Positions 43,124 to 58,082 are shown, counted from the stretch's first letter. The stretch: 64,000 nucleotides of DNA from Blasia pusilla (GCA_050084515.1 CM114271.1:16058001-16122000); one strand, 5' to 3'. Translations and numbers: made by a program. The notes: generated from the letters alone by a model not told the origin.

Positions 43124-44100
43124 TCATCTAAGTATTTTTTTATACACTACATTTCGTGTATAATCACCTTCCTTATTTAAATGTTCATCACTTCCAATGG
43201 TAATGTGGGTGGAACTCTTCTTTCCTACTCTAGATAATACTTGAGAAAATGTCAATATTTTGCAAAATTTGACCTTAGATTTATTAATTATCATAGCAAA
43301 AGTTGGCCTAATAGGGAATTGAAACTTACATAAATCAAATGACAAGCCATAATCCAATCAATCAATGGGATACGTGGAATAAAATTCCAATCTCCAATAT
43401 TCTTTCATGTGATGATTTCAGCATCTATGCAATGTTGCATAAATCCACAAATCGCCAATCTTGTCCCCTTTGCTTTTTCATGTGATCCATTCATGTTTCA
43501 TAATAGCATGATTGGTGCATTAATCTTCAAACACAAACGATGCGGAGGTAGTACGGAAAGCAAGCATGTGTTAAAAAAATTCACTTGGATAGATAAGACT
43601 CATCCCCTCGTTTGGAATAGAGTCGACGTTAAGATAAATATGAATAAGTGTATCCCAAGCCTTTTGGTATGTGGGGCCTCTTCAATCGACAATGTGGTAT
43701 TAAAAGACTCTACAATAAGAAAACATGTGCAAGTCAAAAGGTTACCCATCCACAAAACCGCAATATAACATTTCTATTTATATGATCAACATCTCTACTT
43801 TTTCGCAGTCAAAAAAGTTGTATCTCCTAAGAAACCAATGTTGTGTAATTGGCTAGGAGAATTGCCATAGATCAAATCAATAAGATCGCATATCTTATTA
43901 CTATTAGTAATAATTTTCGATGCTAATTATATAAAGTCTTCTCTCAAATATGGGTGCAAAGGTACATGACCCTCTCCCACTCCAAATAATCAGTCAGCAA
44001 AAGCTTGTTGTTCAACACGCAAATGACCTTCCAACCTTTGAACTTGTATGTTTTCTTGCTTTAAGAGGTAAGTTGAGACACATACTTCCGGAAAGGCTTA
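43124..44100 (-). pseudogene. Helitron PIF1-like helicase C-terminal fragment (copy 2, more decayed)
   Basis: FQFPIRPTFAMIINKS, TRNVVYKKIL, LPPHRLCLKINAPIMLL (~43500-43550), and GVGEGHVPLH/DLIDLIYG (~43865-43985). Confidence 0.8.
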
Positions 44101-44967
44101 ACTTCTTTAGGAAAAACAGAACCATATTAAGTAACTCTCTCCTCACATTATAATATAGTTGCATGTACTTGTGCACGAAAATCATTTTTTAATAATATAT
44201 AAGTGTTTCAATTTTAAAATATTAATTTTAAAATAAATAAATTCTTCAATTAAAATTTAAATAATACCAAATTTTCCCTAAAGAATTTTATTTGTCCATA
44301 AAAGTTCACACAATATCTATTATTTCCAACCAAAATAACATCTATTAACTAAATTACTAGTTAATTTTAATTAATGAGACTATTTTCATTTTTTTAATAA
44401 TTTATTTTTCAAAAAATATCAAATCTCAATTAAAGTCATTATTTATAGAAATTTATTTTTATAATTTATTAAAAATTTTAAAATAATTTCTAATTTTTTA
44501 ATCTCAAAGGAGTAATAATATTTCACTCTTCTAAGTAATTCCATTCATTAATTATACTTTAAATAATAACCCAATCCTCTAATAATTCCATTAAAATTCA
44601 TTTTATTTTCCCAAAATATCATAAGTGAATTAACATGAATAAATTTTTTATAATTGTATTTTATATTTCAAAAATAATAAATATAATTTCTAATTTATTA
44701 AAATGTAGAAAAGTAATAATATTCCGCTCTTCTAAGTTATTCCACTCCTCAATTAAAATTTAAATAATATCCCAATCCCCTAAAAAAATTTACACTTCAA
44801 TAAAATTTAAACAATATCTATTCCTCTATTCAAATTCATTTTCCTTTCCCATCAAATGCAAATTAAAGGACAAAATTGCAAACTTGTTCCTATTTTTTCT
44901 AATCATCCCACTATTTTTTCTTATTATATATATCAGGGATTACCCATTCTAATATAAATTAATTAAA

Positions 44968-45510
44968 CTAGTGTGTGGCCCTCTCATGGGGAAATCTTCC
45001 ATCCCTTGCCAAAGTAAAGTGGTAATTATTTTTATTTCTAAAAATACTAAAAATATAGAAAGTGTATCTTTTTAGAACCGAATGTGGTGTTACTTGTATG
45101 AGAGCTCATTCCTTCTTAAGGGGTGTTGTGGCACAACTGAAAAATTTTATTTAAAAAACCGCACTTCATTTGGAGCCGTAACTATTGATAATTAATTAAT
45201 TAAACTTTTTCACTTAGAATTCATTCTCTCTATCCATCTAATGAGGCTCAAGGAACAAATTTCAAATGTATTTCTCTTTTGTCTTATTGTCACAATATTC
45301 TTTCTTATTATCCCCCTGTTTTGTCTTGTTGTACATAGAAGATCATCCATTATTATATAGATTAATGGTTAATTTTAATGAATATAATCACTTTCCTCTT
45401 CCATTCAAGTTTAATTTTCCCCTCAAATATAAATTAAGCAAAAAAATTGCAAACTTGTTACTATTTTGTCTTATTATACATATAGGGTCGCCCATTATGA
45501 TATAGATAGA
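44968..45510 (-). mobile_element. Non-autonomous mini-Helitron
   Basis: Minus strand reads A|TCTATCTATATCATAATGGG ... ccccatgagagggccacacaCTAG|T. Confidence 0.5.
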
Positions 45511-48314
45511 TATGGAGGAGGAGGAGGAGGAAATAAATGTGAAAAAAATTTGTAACACAAAAACAAGAGCGCAACCACATGAAGATGCAAGAGTACTAGT
45601 AGGGTGCATGAGTGTTTAATGTAAAGAAATGTGTTTATATAACTACAGTGCAACTAGAGTAGAGTGACTCAATGTGTGAGTCAAGTAATATGTAGTATAA
45701 GTGGCAAGAAGGTATGTCCAGAGCAAGTGGACTATAGAATATGCCGGAAGTTGCATTCTCATAGGCAAATGTTGATGTAGATTGGTTGAGAGATATTGAC
45801 TTATGTGTAGATAAGGTGTTTGGCAACCTATTGTGGAAAATTAAGTAGATCTCATACGTCGTTGCAGAAAATTCATTGCCTACACTATTACTTGATGAGA
45901 TACAAGTTTAGCTCTAAGAATTCCTAACCGTTCATTTCTACTTGGCAACGAACGGGAAAACTCAAGATCGATTCTAAGAATTTCGTCCTTTTCTAGTACT
46001 AGTTTTATATGGCCAGGAACGAAAAAAATCTATTGGATGTTCCATGAGACGTCCCATTAAATGAACATGATTGCATGAGATGTATTATTTAGAGTGTGGG
46101 TCTAGTCTTCGTAGTAGATCGTGATGTAGGATATTTTGATGCGGAGCCCTTTAATGGGGGAATAGCGAGAACTTCATATACAAATACAATAGAGTCAATC
46201 CTTAGAGTGTATTCCAATGCATTAGACGTAAGCAAGAAGTAGTTCAGCGTCTACTTAACAACTACATTACACGATAGCACATAATGCTTCACAAAAAATT
46301 AAGAATGAGTGTGATGGAAGATTGAATAGGCTAGGTTGAATTTGTTGTAAGTGTCAGACCACAATGGAGGTAGAGTGGTACTTTTGTAAATAATAAAGAA
46401 AAAAGAATGCAATTAACGAGAAATTGGATTTGCTTTGGTTGACACTTGCAAAAATCTAAGTAAAAAATGGAAGAGAATTGGGACTCTAGGAAATTAGAAA
46501 AAATTGCACTCAAATAAGATGAGTTGCTAAGAGAATGACCTAGAAGTGAATGGAATCATGCATAGTGTTTTTATTAAATGAGTCGTATAAGAAGGCTCTG
46601 CAAAATAAATCCCAGTGTAGAAGTCCTAAAAGCTTCATAAAATTTGAGGAAAGATAATGTCACTCATAATCGTTATGCAATGTCGAGAAGGACTATCAAT
46701 GTAAGAGGGATTCTCTTACGGTAGCCTGCAGAACAAGCTTAGGATTACTCGGAATGTAACCCTCAATAAATCCTTAAACTCATCCCTAGCATCTTTCAAT
46801 CTGTGTTTCACATCATTCAATTTAGTTGTGGTAGCTAAGCGTGCTTCCTAATCAAGCTACACCACATTAGGGAGAACCAATATCACAATTAAAAAATGGA
46901 ACGAACATTCCTCAACTTCATCCAAAGTTGAATGCATAGAGTTATATAGGTCGATAGGAATGTCGTGAGGGTGACGGTCCCAATTCGTAGAATCACTAGT
47001 GTATCCCTGCTGAAAATGGTTGCACTCTTGAATATCACTCGAAACCTTCATCACATATACATAAGTGACAAAGATCAAATTGAGGTTAATACGAGAAACA
47101 AAATGCATGAAGTGATGGAGACCAGATAAGTGCAATATTAGAAATCAAGCGCACCTAGTGGTAAAGATGAGTATGAGGCTACTACTAGGAATGGGGAATA
47201 CAAAGTGATAGAAATCAGATTGAGGGTAAGATCAAAAACTAGGTACATGAAGTGATGAAGCCCAAATTCGGGCTAGTATCAAAAAATAGGTAGATGAAGT
47301 GTATCGATTAGATCGAGCCTAATATCACAATGCAAGTATATAAAGTGAGAAATAATCTTATGGAATGAAATGTATGGTATGGATGAAATCTAGTAATGAT
47401 GGGAACAAGGAAGTACCTACATTCGACTTACCACAAATTGCAACGGAAATCGATAGAATTCTTTAGTCTATCTTTGCAAAATTTGAACAAAAGGCAACAA
47501 AAAATACAAAAAATCAATGCGAGTGCCAATTGGTTTAATATGCATACCAGTCCATCCAACCTGCTTAATCAACAAGAAGACAATGCAAAATAGAAGGCGA
47601 ACGAAATAGGTCACTAGAAGTTAAGAAGGCGAATCTAATGAAACGGTAGAAAAGAAGAAAGGCAGGGAGATGAAAAAACTAGGAATGAACGCGACAATGA
47701 AGGAGGGCGTGTGAGAATGAACGGAGATGGAAAAGAAAGTAACAAGGGATGGTCTAATGCTACACTCCACACAAGATGTACAACTTTGGAGGCGCGACGT
47801 GAACGAGTACTGCATTTGCAGAGTCGACCATCGCATAAATTTCTTGATGATGGTCAAGTTTATTCGCATTGCCTCACCAGATGTGGTTAGTCTCCATGCG
47901 CGATGTTATGAGGAGTACCAAGGACGAGCAATAGGGGGAACTGGAAATGAAGGTTGCCGTCTATTTCCAATTTTCCACACGCAGTGCTATGAAATCTAGT
48001 TGCAGCTCTTCTTAAGATGCCTAGTATTGCGAGATCAACATCAGCAATAATGTCAGGGTTCATCCACTCTCAAGAGGACACGTGGTCTTAAATCTTAGAA
48101 GAGTAATAACATTCCACTATTCTAAGTAATTCCACTCCTTATCAAAAATTTAAATGATATCCCTCTCCCCTAAATAATTATACCCTTCCATTAAATTTAA
48201 ACAATATCAACTCCTTTTTTATTAAAATTATTTTTCCCTTCCCATCAAATATGAAGTAAGGGATAAAATTGTAAAATTATTGCTATTTTTTTATCATCTC
48301 ACTATATTGTCTTA

Positions 48315-48478
48315 CTAGCCAGTGTACGTGTTATGCATGCATGTATAATTTTGAATTATCCATCCTAAATGTACAATTAAATTCGAGAGAATCCTTTTGG
48401 CTTAGACAAGCGATTCTATTGGCTAAAATTGACATGTGTCAAAATGAAGGTGCACTCTCCCATGATAATAAAGATAGA
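48315..48478 (-). mobile_element. Non-autonomous mini-Helitron, 164 bp
   Basis: Minus strand reads A|TCTATCTTTATTATCATGGGAGAGTG ... degenerate hairpin tgcatgcataacacgtaca, ctgg, CTAG|T. Inserted between A and T with no TSD. Confidence 0.65.
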
Positions 48479-48927
48479 TTATACTCTTAGATCACCTATT
48501 CTAATATAAAATAAATAAATTTATTTTTCCATTCAAATACATTTTCTCATCTAATATTTAATGTGATTAAAAAATTCAAACATGTTGTTATTTTGTCTTA
48601 CTATCCCATTCTTTTCCCTTATTCTACATGTAGAATCGCCCATGCCCTGAATGAAGGATCGATTATGTTCAAATTCAAAGTTTTTTTCTTGTTGATCCTT
48701 GGAAGACTTTTTTTTTTCCCAAATACCTCACGTAAGGAAACATGCCGTTACAAATCAAGAAAAAATTCTCTAGTAATCTATACTATTAAGGACAACCCAA
48801 CATGCATAATAGGACAAAATAGTGCTACAATACGACAAAATAGCAAAAGTGTTGGTTTCCCCTGTCAAATGTTGGTGGAAATTGCTTGGGAGGGTATCTA
48901 GGTCGCATGTTGGTGGGAAATTTCTTT

Positions 48928-49218
48928 TACACTTTTGGTTAGTGGTGGAGGTAGTGCTGAATTCATTGGAGTGCCTGGGATACACTTTTGTTTAGTAGTG
49001 GAGGTAGTGCTGAATTCATTTGGAGTGGGGGTAGTGGGGAATTAATTTGGAGTGATGGAGTGGGTTGTTCAAAGAGAACTTGCACCACCATGTAAAATCC
49101 ATTACTCCACTCCTGAGTGGAGGAGTGGGTATTAAATGGCAAGGGAATTACTGCACCCCGTAAAACCCACTACTCCACTCATGAGTGGAGTAGTGGGTAT
49201 TATATGGCAAGGGAATTA
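48928..49218. repeat. Two short tandem duplications with palindromic cores (possible decayed MITE)
   Basis: acacttttg[g/t]ttagt[g/a]gtggaggtagtgctgaattcatt x2; actccactc-c/a t-gagtggag...tggcaagggaatta x2. Confidence 0.6.
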
Positions 49219-50399
49219 ATCTGCACATCAAACACAATATAAAAAGCATACCTCGACCACAAGCAACCTGCAGTCCGATTTTGCATGTGCTGATCTACAG
49301 ATTGCTTCTACTAAAAGTCACCCAAAGCATTCTGAAATAGGAGTGATCTTCCCATGCACATATAGGTACACCAGACATTCATTCAGGTGAAATTGATTTC
49401 TTTACTCAACAAGAGAATACAAAGGTGGTTGAGGTGTTTCTTTACATTCTTGAATGTTGATGGAGTAATAACTGACTAAGTTTCTGATGTTTCATTTCAC
49501 GTGCGAAAGTAAGTACAAGGGAAATTGGCCACTGAAAGAATTGGGCCTACTACACCTCACAGTAAGACTACTCCTACTCCAAAATGAAGCAACAGCAAGC
49601 TAGCATCATCGTTTTATCGTTTGCTTCGCATGATTTGTCTCCAAAGAGAACTCGGAAGTCCTTAAGTCCATGCTCTTTTTCGCCTGATGGACACTATGGC
49701 CAGTGTTTTGGAGGTTTCTTCGAGAGTCCCGTCACGCCCCTGAAGCTTTCCACACCTAGTACCACCACTCCCACACCAGTTAAAAGTTGGGAAGATCCCC
49801 TTCCACAGTGCATCTTTCACGATTGTATAGCAAGAAAGGACTCCCCTGAATACCATCCTAAACAAACAATTCCCATGGCAGGATCTGCAGAGTTTTATGT
49901 GCCAAGAGTTACTCAAAGTCGACATGAATTGAAGCATGTGTCGACAGCTCCAGTAGGAAGCAAACCCGACCGTGGTTTTCCTATAGTGAGAGAATCACAT
50001 GGCGAGAGACCCTACATGGAGACATGGAGGGCAGTTTAGGGAGCTACACAGCCTTTTCCCCAACATGGAAAGGAAGTGGTTGTAGAACAAGGGAGCACTC
50101 GGTTGTCAATTGCACCCCAAGTTTTCGTAGAGCAAAACGCCAAAGCTGTAGATGAGGATGATGAGGTGAGCACCGCCACCTCAATGCCATCTCAGGAGAG
50201 TATTTGTTCTACAAAGCTACCAATGTGACGTTGGTAATAAAGCAAGATGCAATAAAGCAGGGTCCTGGGGGACTGCAATTCCTCTCTCACTATGCTTTTT
50301 GGGTTTTGAAAGATGATTCATAGTTCGGAATTTGTAAGAGTTTGATCTGTGGGGAGCTAAGCACGAGAAGTGCTCCAGAAAAACTCCAAAAAGGCGGCC

Positions 50400-51275
50400 A
50401 TGTTCGAATGTCTACACGCTGCAGACAGGCAGCCGCATTCGAATGTCACCTCTGAGTTCAGCCGCGAGCTCACATACATCCAACAATACCTAGCCCCACT
50501 CTTCACCCTCACAAACCGTGTTCGAATCTCTGCTTATTGCAGACAGGCATCCGCATTCGAATGTTACACGTATTGGAATGTTACCTCGGAGCTCAGCCAC
50601 GAACTCTGAAGATTACAGCCACGAGCTCTCAATCATCCAACAACCCTCGCCCTACCTTTCACCCTCACAAATGCAGACTCGACTCAAATTAAACGCTCTG
50701 ACCCTACGATTCAGAAATCGAGAGAGTGATGCGGGAAGTGCAATCGTGCACTCTTCCCTTGCGCGATTGCTGCTGTGAGTGCAACCACGCAATGTTCACC
50801 CAGTTGCCTTCAGACCTCAGCATCCCTTGCAATCTCCGCATCCGAGTGTTGGTCGATAGCAAGACACTACCACAAATCCTGCAGCCGAGAGAAACAATTG
50901 GGTAGCACTCTATAGGGCTCGCTCAAATTCGGCTCAATCCTTCAACGTTGCGCGGAGCTGGGATCGGCTGCGTGCGCTCTAGGGTGGTGCAACCGCGCAT
51001 TCTTCCCTTGCGGATGTGTGCACTTGAGGGATCCAGGATCGGTTGCGTCCCTTGGATTCGGCTCAATCCGCTCAATCCCCGCTCCACGGATCGCGCAGCC
51101 CAAACAAGACGACATGAAGTTGCTGGATCGCGCAGCCTGAATCGAGACCCAACATCGAAGCTGCTCGATCGCGCAGCCCGATTCCTACCCCAACTACGAA
51201 AGTTGCTCGATCATGCAGCCACTGTCGGCGTTCCCAAGTCTGAACTCGGCCTTCCGCTAAGCTCGATGGATCGTA
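50400..51275. repeat. Short GC-rich repeat clusters upstream of the Helitron Rep/helicase
   Basis: gttcgaat...gcagacaggca.ccgcattcgaatg duplicated (50402/50520); gatcgcgcagcc at 51089, 51126 and 51167. Confidence 0.6.
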
Positions 51276-51734
51276 CAAAAAAAATGTTGAAAGTGTCGAA
51301 GTGTTGTTATCTACCCTGCCCTGAGATCGCCGCCCTTCATCTTCGCAGCCCTAAGATCTCAGCCGTTAGATAAGCCCGATCGTGCCCGTCCTTCATGTGG
51401 CGAGCCCTAGGATGAATGGCTTAGATTAGCCCGATTGTGGCAGAATTTCCACCATTGATTTATTCTTGGATTACTATGAAAAAAATTAGTTCATTTTTTC
51501 CCTTGATTTTTTAATTTTCTGAGTTATTTATTGAAGTGCAATACTTATGAAGTGATGGATATTTTTTTCCAATTTTTTTCATTTAATTTAAAATATTTTT
51601 CCTTTAATTTACTTCTCTCTGATTATTATTAAAATTTCAGTTCTTATTATTTTCAAGAATTTTCTTGTAATCTAATTTTTTTGTACTTTGGTTTTTTTTA
51701 ATAGAAAATTTTCCCCGTTTCCATACATTTGCAG

Positions 51735-54700
51735 ATGGATGACGCTATTGGATCTTCAAGGCTAACAGAAATACGAAGACCTCTTCTGGACATCACCAAT
51801 ATTCCAATTTTACATCGATTTGACAATCCTTCAATTTCGCGTCAACGAGAGGAAGAAGGACAACAAGGCATTCAATCTCAAAGGAACATACACTTATCTC
51901 AAGGAAAAAATGCTTTGACTACCCAAGTATCTCTAACGTAGGTCTTCTTCTTCATGCACTCTCATTTCATTCCCAAATTTTTTAGGATATACTCTTTGCA
52001 ATGTGAAGCCATCTCTTACGATTTGTCTAATACCTGTGCATTTTATGCATATTACAAACTTTCGATTCTCTCAAACCCTAAAGATTTACGCGACATTCGC
52101 AATAACATACGTGCCGTAGGTCAAAGGCAAAAACGCATTAATCGAGTTGAACAAGGTTCTCTTCAAAGAGAGAAGCGGTGAGAATATAATCGTCAATATA
52201 AAAGGAAAAGGAGAGAACTCGAAGTTGCTAATCGATCTTCTAATGTCATCTCCTCGAGACAAGTAGAAGTAAATACTATTCTCGAGAATGTAATTCAAAA
52301 TGATATGCATGTACTTCACGAAGCTCCAATGATTGCAATCCAAGAAGAGAACAGGTGTGTTTACTTAAGTAAGGCAGTGTTTTGTGTATCTATTCTCATA
52401 AGTACTCTTTTTCATTTCTTTTCGATGTCATGTTTACTTTCATTTTGCTTGCATATAATGTTGTAGGTAACAATGTATGTTAGCATGCCCATTATTTAAT
52501 TATTTTCATTCTATAACATTAGGCATATATCACAAGGAAGTAGACATGGCCAAAACAATGTTCAAATTGATACTACATCAGCCATTCACATTTCTCCAAC
52601 GTTTGCAACTTTCTCTATCCCCTATCTACTCTCATTTTATTTCAATTTCTCATGTTCTTTTTACATGATTAATATTTGAATGCATACCCATGCTAATTAT
52701 TTTCTTCACTTTTTGTAGACTTCCAATTCTTTCAAACCCTAAGGATATACGCGATGTGAGGAAGGTTCTACGTGCAAAAGCACAAAGGCATAAACGGATG
52801 AAACGTCTTGAAAATAATACTCTACAAAGACAAAGAAGGCAAGAATATAATAGGAAAAAAAAGAACTTTATGTTGGTATTGAATCTTCAAGATTGATACC
52901 ACAACATGATGTTTGAGTTTCTATGTTTTTAGAAAATGCACTTCCAAATGATAATAACATGGCTTATTGTGAACCAATGAGTGAACCTCTCGAAGATGGA
53001 AGAAGGTATATTTTCTCAAGAAATTTGTGGATATTGGTTGTATTTTATTACTTCCCAAGTGTATTGTAGACTAAGAATGTGCTAAAACTTCTTTCTTACA
53101 ATGTAGCACATTATTGACTCAAGCCTCTTATTCAAGAACATTTAACGCCTATGGTTCAACGTTGCGTTCCTACTTCTCAATGTCCGTCCATTATGGACAT
53201 GCAACATGGGATGCAATCAAGTATTCATTTTCAAGAAGAATGCAATGTTCAAGAAACACATACTTTGCCCATTCCGACATCCCCAATGTTGGCAGCTTTC
53301 CCTATGTACCATTATTTTATTTCATTTTTTCATCTTCTTCTCTTCCTTTCTTTATCTACAACTATGTGAAGTCATGTACTAATATGAATCATTGTCTACT
53401 TTTTTTAGAGATTTGAATCCGTTACAATGTTACTCAGCTATGAAGAATGGTCCTACGACGCAAAGGACTATTCCAATAAAACGTAACACCTTATTGAATA
53501 TTGGACGAACTCGAAACTTTGCGGAGAGCAACATTAAAAAACTACAGTTGAAAGGGAGTATGTGTGTATCAACCAGTCGGCACACTTGGGTTCTATGACA
53601 GAGGTATGTCATTCATGTAAAGCATTACATTGGAAATATGAGAAGGTGAAGAATTGGAAGTTTTGAAACTCGCTGTTTACTATGTGTTGTGAACATGGGA
53701 AGGTACAACTACCCTTCTTGAAGCCATTACCTTCATTCTTGGCAACATAGGTATCTGGCGTTGGGGCAAATAGTTGGCATTTTCTAAGCAATGCTCGGGA
53801 ATATAATTGGCATCAGCTGGAGTTGAAGTCAAAGAGCAATTGGGTGGCATAAAACACTTCACTATTCAGGGTAAAATTTATCATTCAATTGGTCCACTTC
53901 ATCCAAATGCAGGACAACCTCCTCAATTTGCGTAATTATATATTCATGATATAGATCATGAGATTGAGAATCAGGAAAGGACCATGTCTGATGGGCTTCG
54001 ACCTCACATCTTAAAAGGCTTACAAGACATGTTGCATGAATGTAATCCTTATGTGGAGATATTCCAAAAATTTGCGATGGATGCACCTTGCCATACATGC
54101 GAATCATTCAGAGAGCAAGTAAGAGAGGCCTTGAAGCTAAATGATATACGTTGCCAGTTGCTTTAGAAGTTGCTGCTATTTTTCCAGGTGATGAGAGTGA
54201 GTTTGTGCAAGCACGTGACATTATTCTTCAATTACATGGCGGAGGAGTGCATCGCATATCAGATTTGAATGAGGCATATATTCTTTTGCACTTTATTTTG
54301 CTATTTTCATATGGTGAAGCAGGTTGGCATCCACGAATACCTTTTGGGAATTGGATAAATTCCTCTAATGAGTGTTCACAGAGGGAATCAAAGGCAAGTA
54401 TCCAAGGAGATAGGCAAGCTCCAAATGAGTTTGTTGACGAAGATATAGTCCATGATGAAGACAATGAGCCTATGAGGGTGGAGAATACTTAAAGTATAAC
54501 TACCCTACAATTTGCAAGCTTTCGGCTTCAGACACGTATTGGAGTGGATGATGACAACCGATTACTTCGATTCGGAAGACTTACCCAAGAATATATGGTA
54601 GATGTTTATGCGACCATAAAGATGCAACGATTATCTTGGATTCGTTTAAATCAGAAGGAGTTGCAAGCTGAATTATACGGAGGTGTGAAAGATGCTATGT

Positions 54701-57700
54701 TTAGGGGTGATGCAAATGGTAATACATTTGGGAGACGTATTGTGTTGCCATCTTCATTTACTGGGGGTCCACGGCATATGCATCAATTATATCAAGATGT
54801 CATGGCCATTGTTAGACATCTTGGAAAGCCGGATTATTTCTTGACAATAACTTATAACCCAAATTGGGTGGATATTATATCAGCATTATTACCGGGTCAA
54901 ACAGTTGTTGATCGTCCAGACTTGGTCGGACGGGTTTTTGAGAAAAAAAAGGAGTTATTGCGACTAATTGTGAAGAAAAATGTTTTGGGTAAAGTTGTTG
55001 GATGTATTCACGTGGTAGAGTTTCAAAAGAGGGGTTTGCCACATGTTCATATTTTAATAATATTGGCTCAAGATGATTAGCCTCGAACAAGCTTAGATTT
55101 TGATGAAATCATTTATGCAGAAATTCCGGATGCTACTACTTATCCACGACTTTTTGCTGTTGTATCTAATTTTATGATGCATGGTCCATGTGGAGTGCTA
55201 AATCCAAATGCACCATGTATGGACAAGGAGACCAAAAAATGCACTAAGGGATATCCCAAACAGTTCTCATCTCACACCACAGAGACGGAAGATGGTTATC
55301 CTGTGTATAGAAGGTATGGAGCAAATATAATTTTTTTACTACAATTTTTTTTCTTATTTAAGTTTTTCCATCTATTTTGTAAATTTTCAAGTACAATTGT
55401 ATTGAACTTTTTCACGTGGATGTTCAGGTTAGATAATGACGTCAAAGTCATGAAACATAATCAAGCTTTGGATAATCGTTGGGTTGTCCCATATAATCCT
55501 CTGTTGTGCACTCTATTTGATTGTCATATTAATTTAGAGATCACAACTAATATCTCTGTTGTAAAATATTTATACAAAAACGTATACAAGGGATCAGATG
55601 CTGTGACATTTGGAATTTCTAAGAGCTCAAGTACTTCTACAACAACTCCACACGTTATCGATGAAACAACACAATATCAAGATGCAAGGTGATGATCTAT
55701 CTATGTCCATACAAAAATAGTCTTTATGTTGATGAATTCTTTTTCATACCATTAAATATTTATTCTATTTTGTTCTTCTTGCATAGGTACATTTCAGCCT
55801 CAGAAGCATGCTGACAAATTTTCAAGTTCAGCTTGCATTCGGAGCAATTGAGTATTGTGAGATTAGCTATTCATTTTCCAGATGAACAACTCATGCATTT
55901 TAATGCTAGTGAACTACCAGAAAATATTTCACAAAGAAATAGAGATACGACTTTAATCGCATGGTTTGCAACCAACCGTTTAGATCCATCTGCCCACAAC
56001 TATCTATATGTTGAGTTTCCTTCACATTTCACCTGGAAAAAGAAAATATGGTATCGTCGTGTGCGAGGACCACATGGTTGTGGTTATCCCATCGCGCGAT
56101 TATATCTCACCCATCCAGGTACATATCTTCCAAAATAGCATTTCTTTAGTCAAGCATTCTTTCCTTTTCATTAGAGAGTTTTTACACTCGTATTCCACAC
56201 TTTGTATACTTCACTACTACTTTTGAAATATCTTATCATAAAACCTTTATTGCTTAGGTGATGGTGAACGTCATTGGTTACGGTTGGTTCTTCATCATAT
56301 TCGAGGTGCAACTACATATGAAGATTTAAGGACTGTGCATGGAATATTGTATCCAATCTTCAAAGAGGATGCTATCCAATTAGGACTCTTAGAGGATGAA
56401 TGGGAGGTTATTCTTTGCTTGCAAGAAGCTTCACAGATACGTGGAGGTCGATCGCTTCGTCAACTCTTTGCCATTATTCTGGCATATAACACGCCGGCTA
56501 GGCTAGCGGCATTGTGGAATGAATTTCTAATTCATCTCAGTGAGGATCTCTTACATGAAAAACGTCAGGTAAAACCTAAAGATATTCCTTCTTGCGAAAG
56601 AATGTTTTATATGCTCATGAATTTTTCATTTTTCTGACTTCTTACGTGGTAAATCTTTGCATATTTGTGCATAGAGAACAGGAATTCCAGATCTTCCTTT
56701 GAATGTAGAGATCATAAATCATGCATTGTTGGATGTTCACCACCACTTGGAGGATCAAGGGAAAAGATTGTCAAACTTCCCTGACATGCCCCCAACCTCT
56801 CTTTCAAGAGGAAAACAATTTAACTTTGAATCTTGAGGAAGATGAGATTGTACATAACACAGAAGAGTTATATCAAGAAGCTATCTGTGGAGAAGCACTA
56901 TTGAATCCCGGGCAACGTGATGTTTGGGATGCTGTGCATAAACAACTTGAAAAGTTGACTGAAGATTTTAATCCTTCGGTAAGAATACGAAACCTTTCAT
57001 CCCTTTGAACTTCTTCCATATTTTTTGCGAAAAGTATCAATATCATAACTAATATTGTACCTTATCATGTCTTTCTAGGAAAAAATATTCTTTGTCGACG
57101 GTCCGGGTGGAACAGGGAAAACATTTCTATACAACCTTCTTCTTAAAAGTGTACGGTGTAAAGGAGGTATTTCATTGGTTGTTGCCTCATCTGGGATAGC
57201 AGCTTTATTAATGGAAGGCGGTCGTACTGCACATTCTCACTTCAAGATTGCGATCAATGTGGATGAAAGTTCCACCTTCAAGTAAGAACCAAGTCTATAT
57301 TTCCCATTATAATGAATTAGTTTGATCACTTCCTAAAATTTCTTCAAAGATAACGATTCATTCCTCACATCTTGCAACATACGAGTTAATAGTAAGGAGG
57401 CACGTGTCATCATAAATGCCAAGCTTATCATATGGGACAAAGTACCTATGACTCATCGTCATGTCTTTGAGGCTGTCAATCGTACATTACAAGATATTAT
57501 GGGATTAGTATCTGTTGACTTAAGAAAGGTTCCATTTGGTGGAAAGCTTATTATTTTTTGTTGTGATTTTCGTCAAGTCCTTCCTGTTGTTCGTCATGCT
57601 GATCGTCCGAAAATTGTGCAAGCCACGTTTAAGAGATCTCCTTTATGGTCTCATGTAAGGACCATGAATCTTACAACAAATATGAGAGTCAAAAATTTGG

Positions 57701-58082
57701 AAGGTATCATTTAAAAAAAAATTCTTTTCTTTACATAATCATACTTTACATGGATTCCTCAGTTATTTTAAAATTTTCACTTTTAAAAATATAAATAACA
57801 TAACGTTGTCATGTGCAGGTCCTTTACGTGCCGATCAAGAAAACTTTGCAAAATGGTTGTTGGAGGTTGGAAAGGGTCATCTTCCTATACATGAGGATTT
57901 GGGAGAAGATATGATTCAACTGCCTAATGATATGGTATCTAAAACTAACAATATCAACGATCTCATAAATACAATTTATGGGACTGATTTGGAGCGATTT
58001 CTCGATAAAAATTGTTACCAACGTACCAAAGACAAAATAAAACCCTCCATCTCTTATGTGCATTGCACGGGCACCTTACTAG
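51735..58082 (+). mobile_element. Helitron with degenerate spliced Rep/helicase pseudogene and canonical 3' end
   Basis: Zinc motif CHSCKALHW...CCEHGKVQLP (~53605-53715), LPSSFTGGPRHM, GKPDYFLTITYNPNW, HUH motif VVEFQKRGLPHVH, VKYLYKNVYKG, Walker A DGPGGTGKT (~57097-57123), VASSGIAA, GGRTAHS, IIWDKVPM, DFRQVLPVV. Many stops and frameshifts. Hairpin gtgcattgcac plus CTAG|T at 58058-58082. 5' end not located. Confidence 0.93.

Noticed and set aside
49584-50228. 151-aa ORF with an in-frame continuation
   Set aside because: Could be a captured gene fragment, but I cannot recognise a family.
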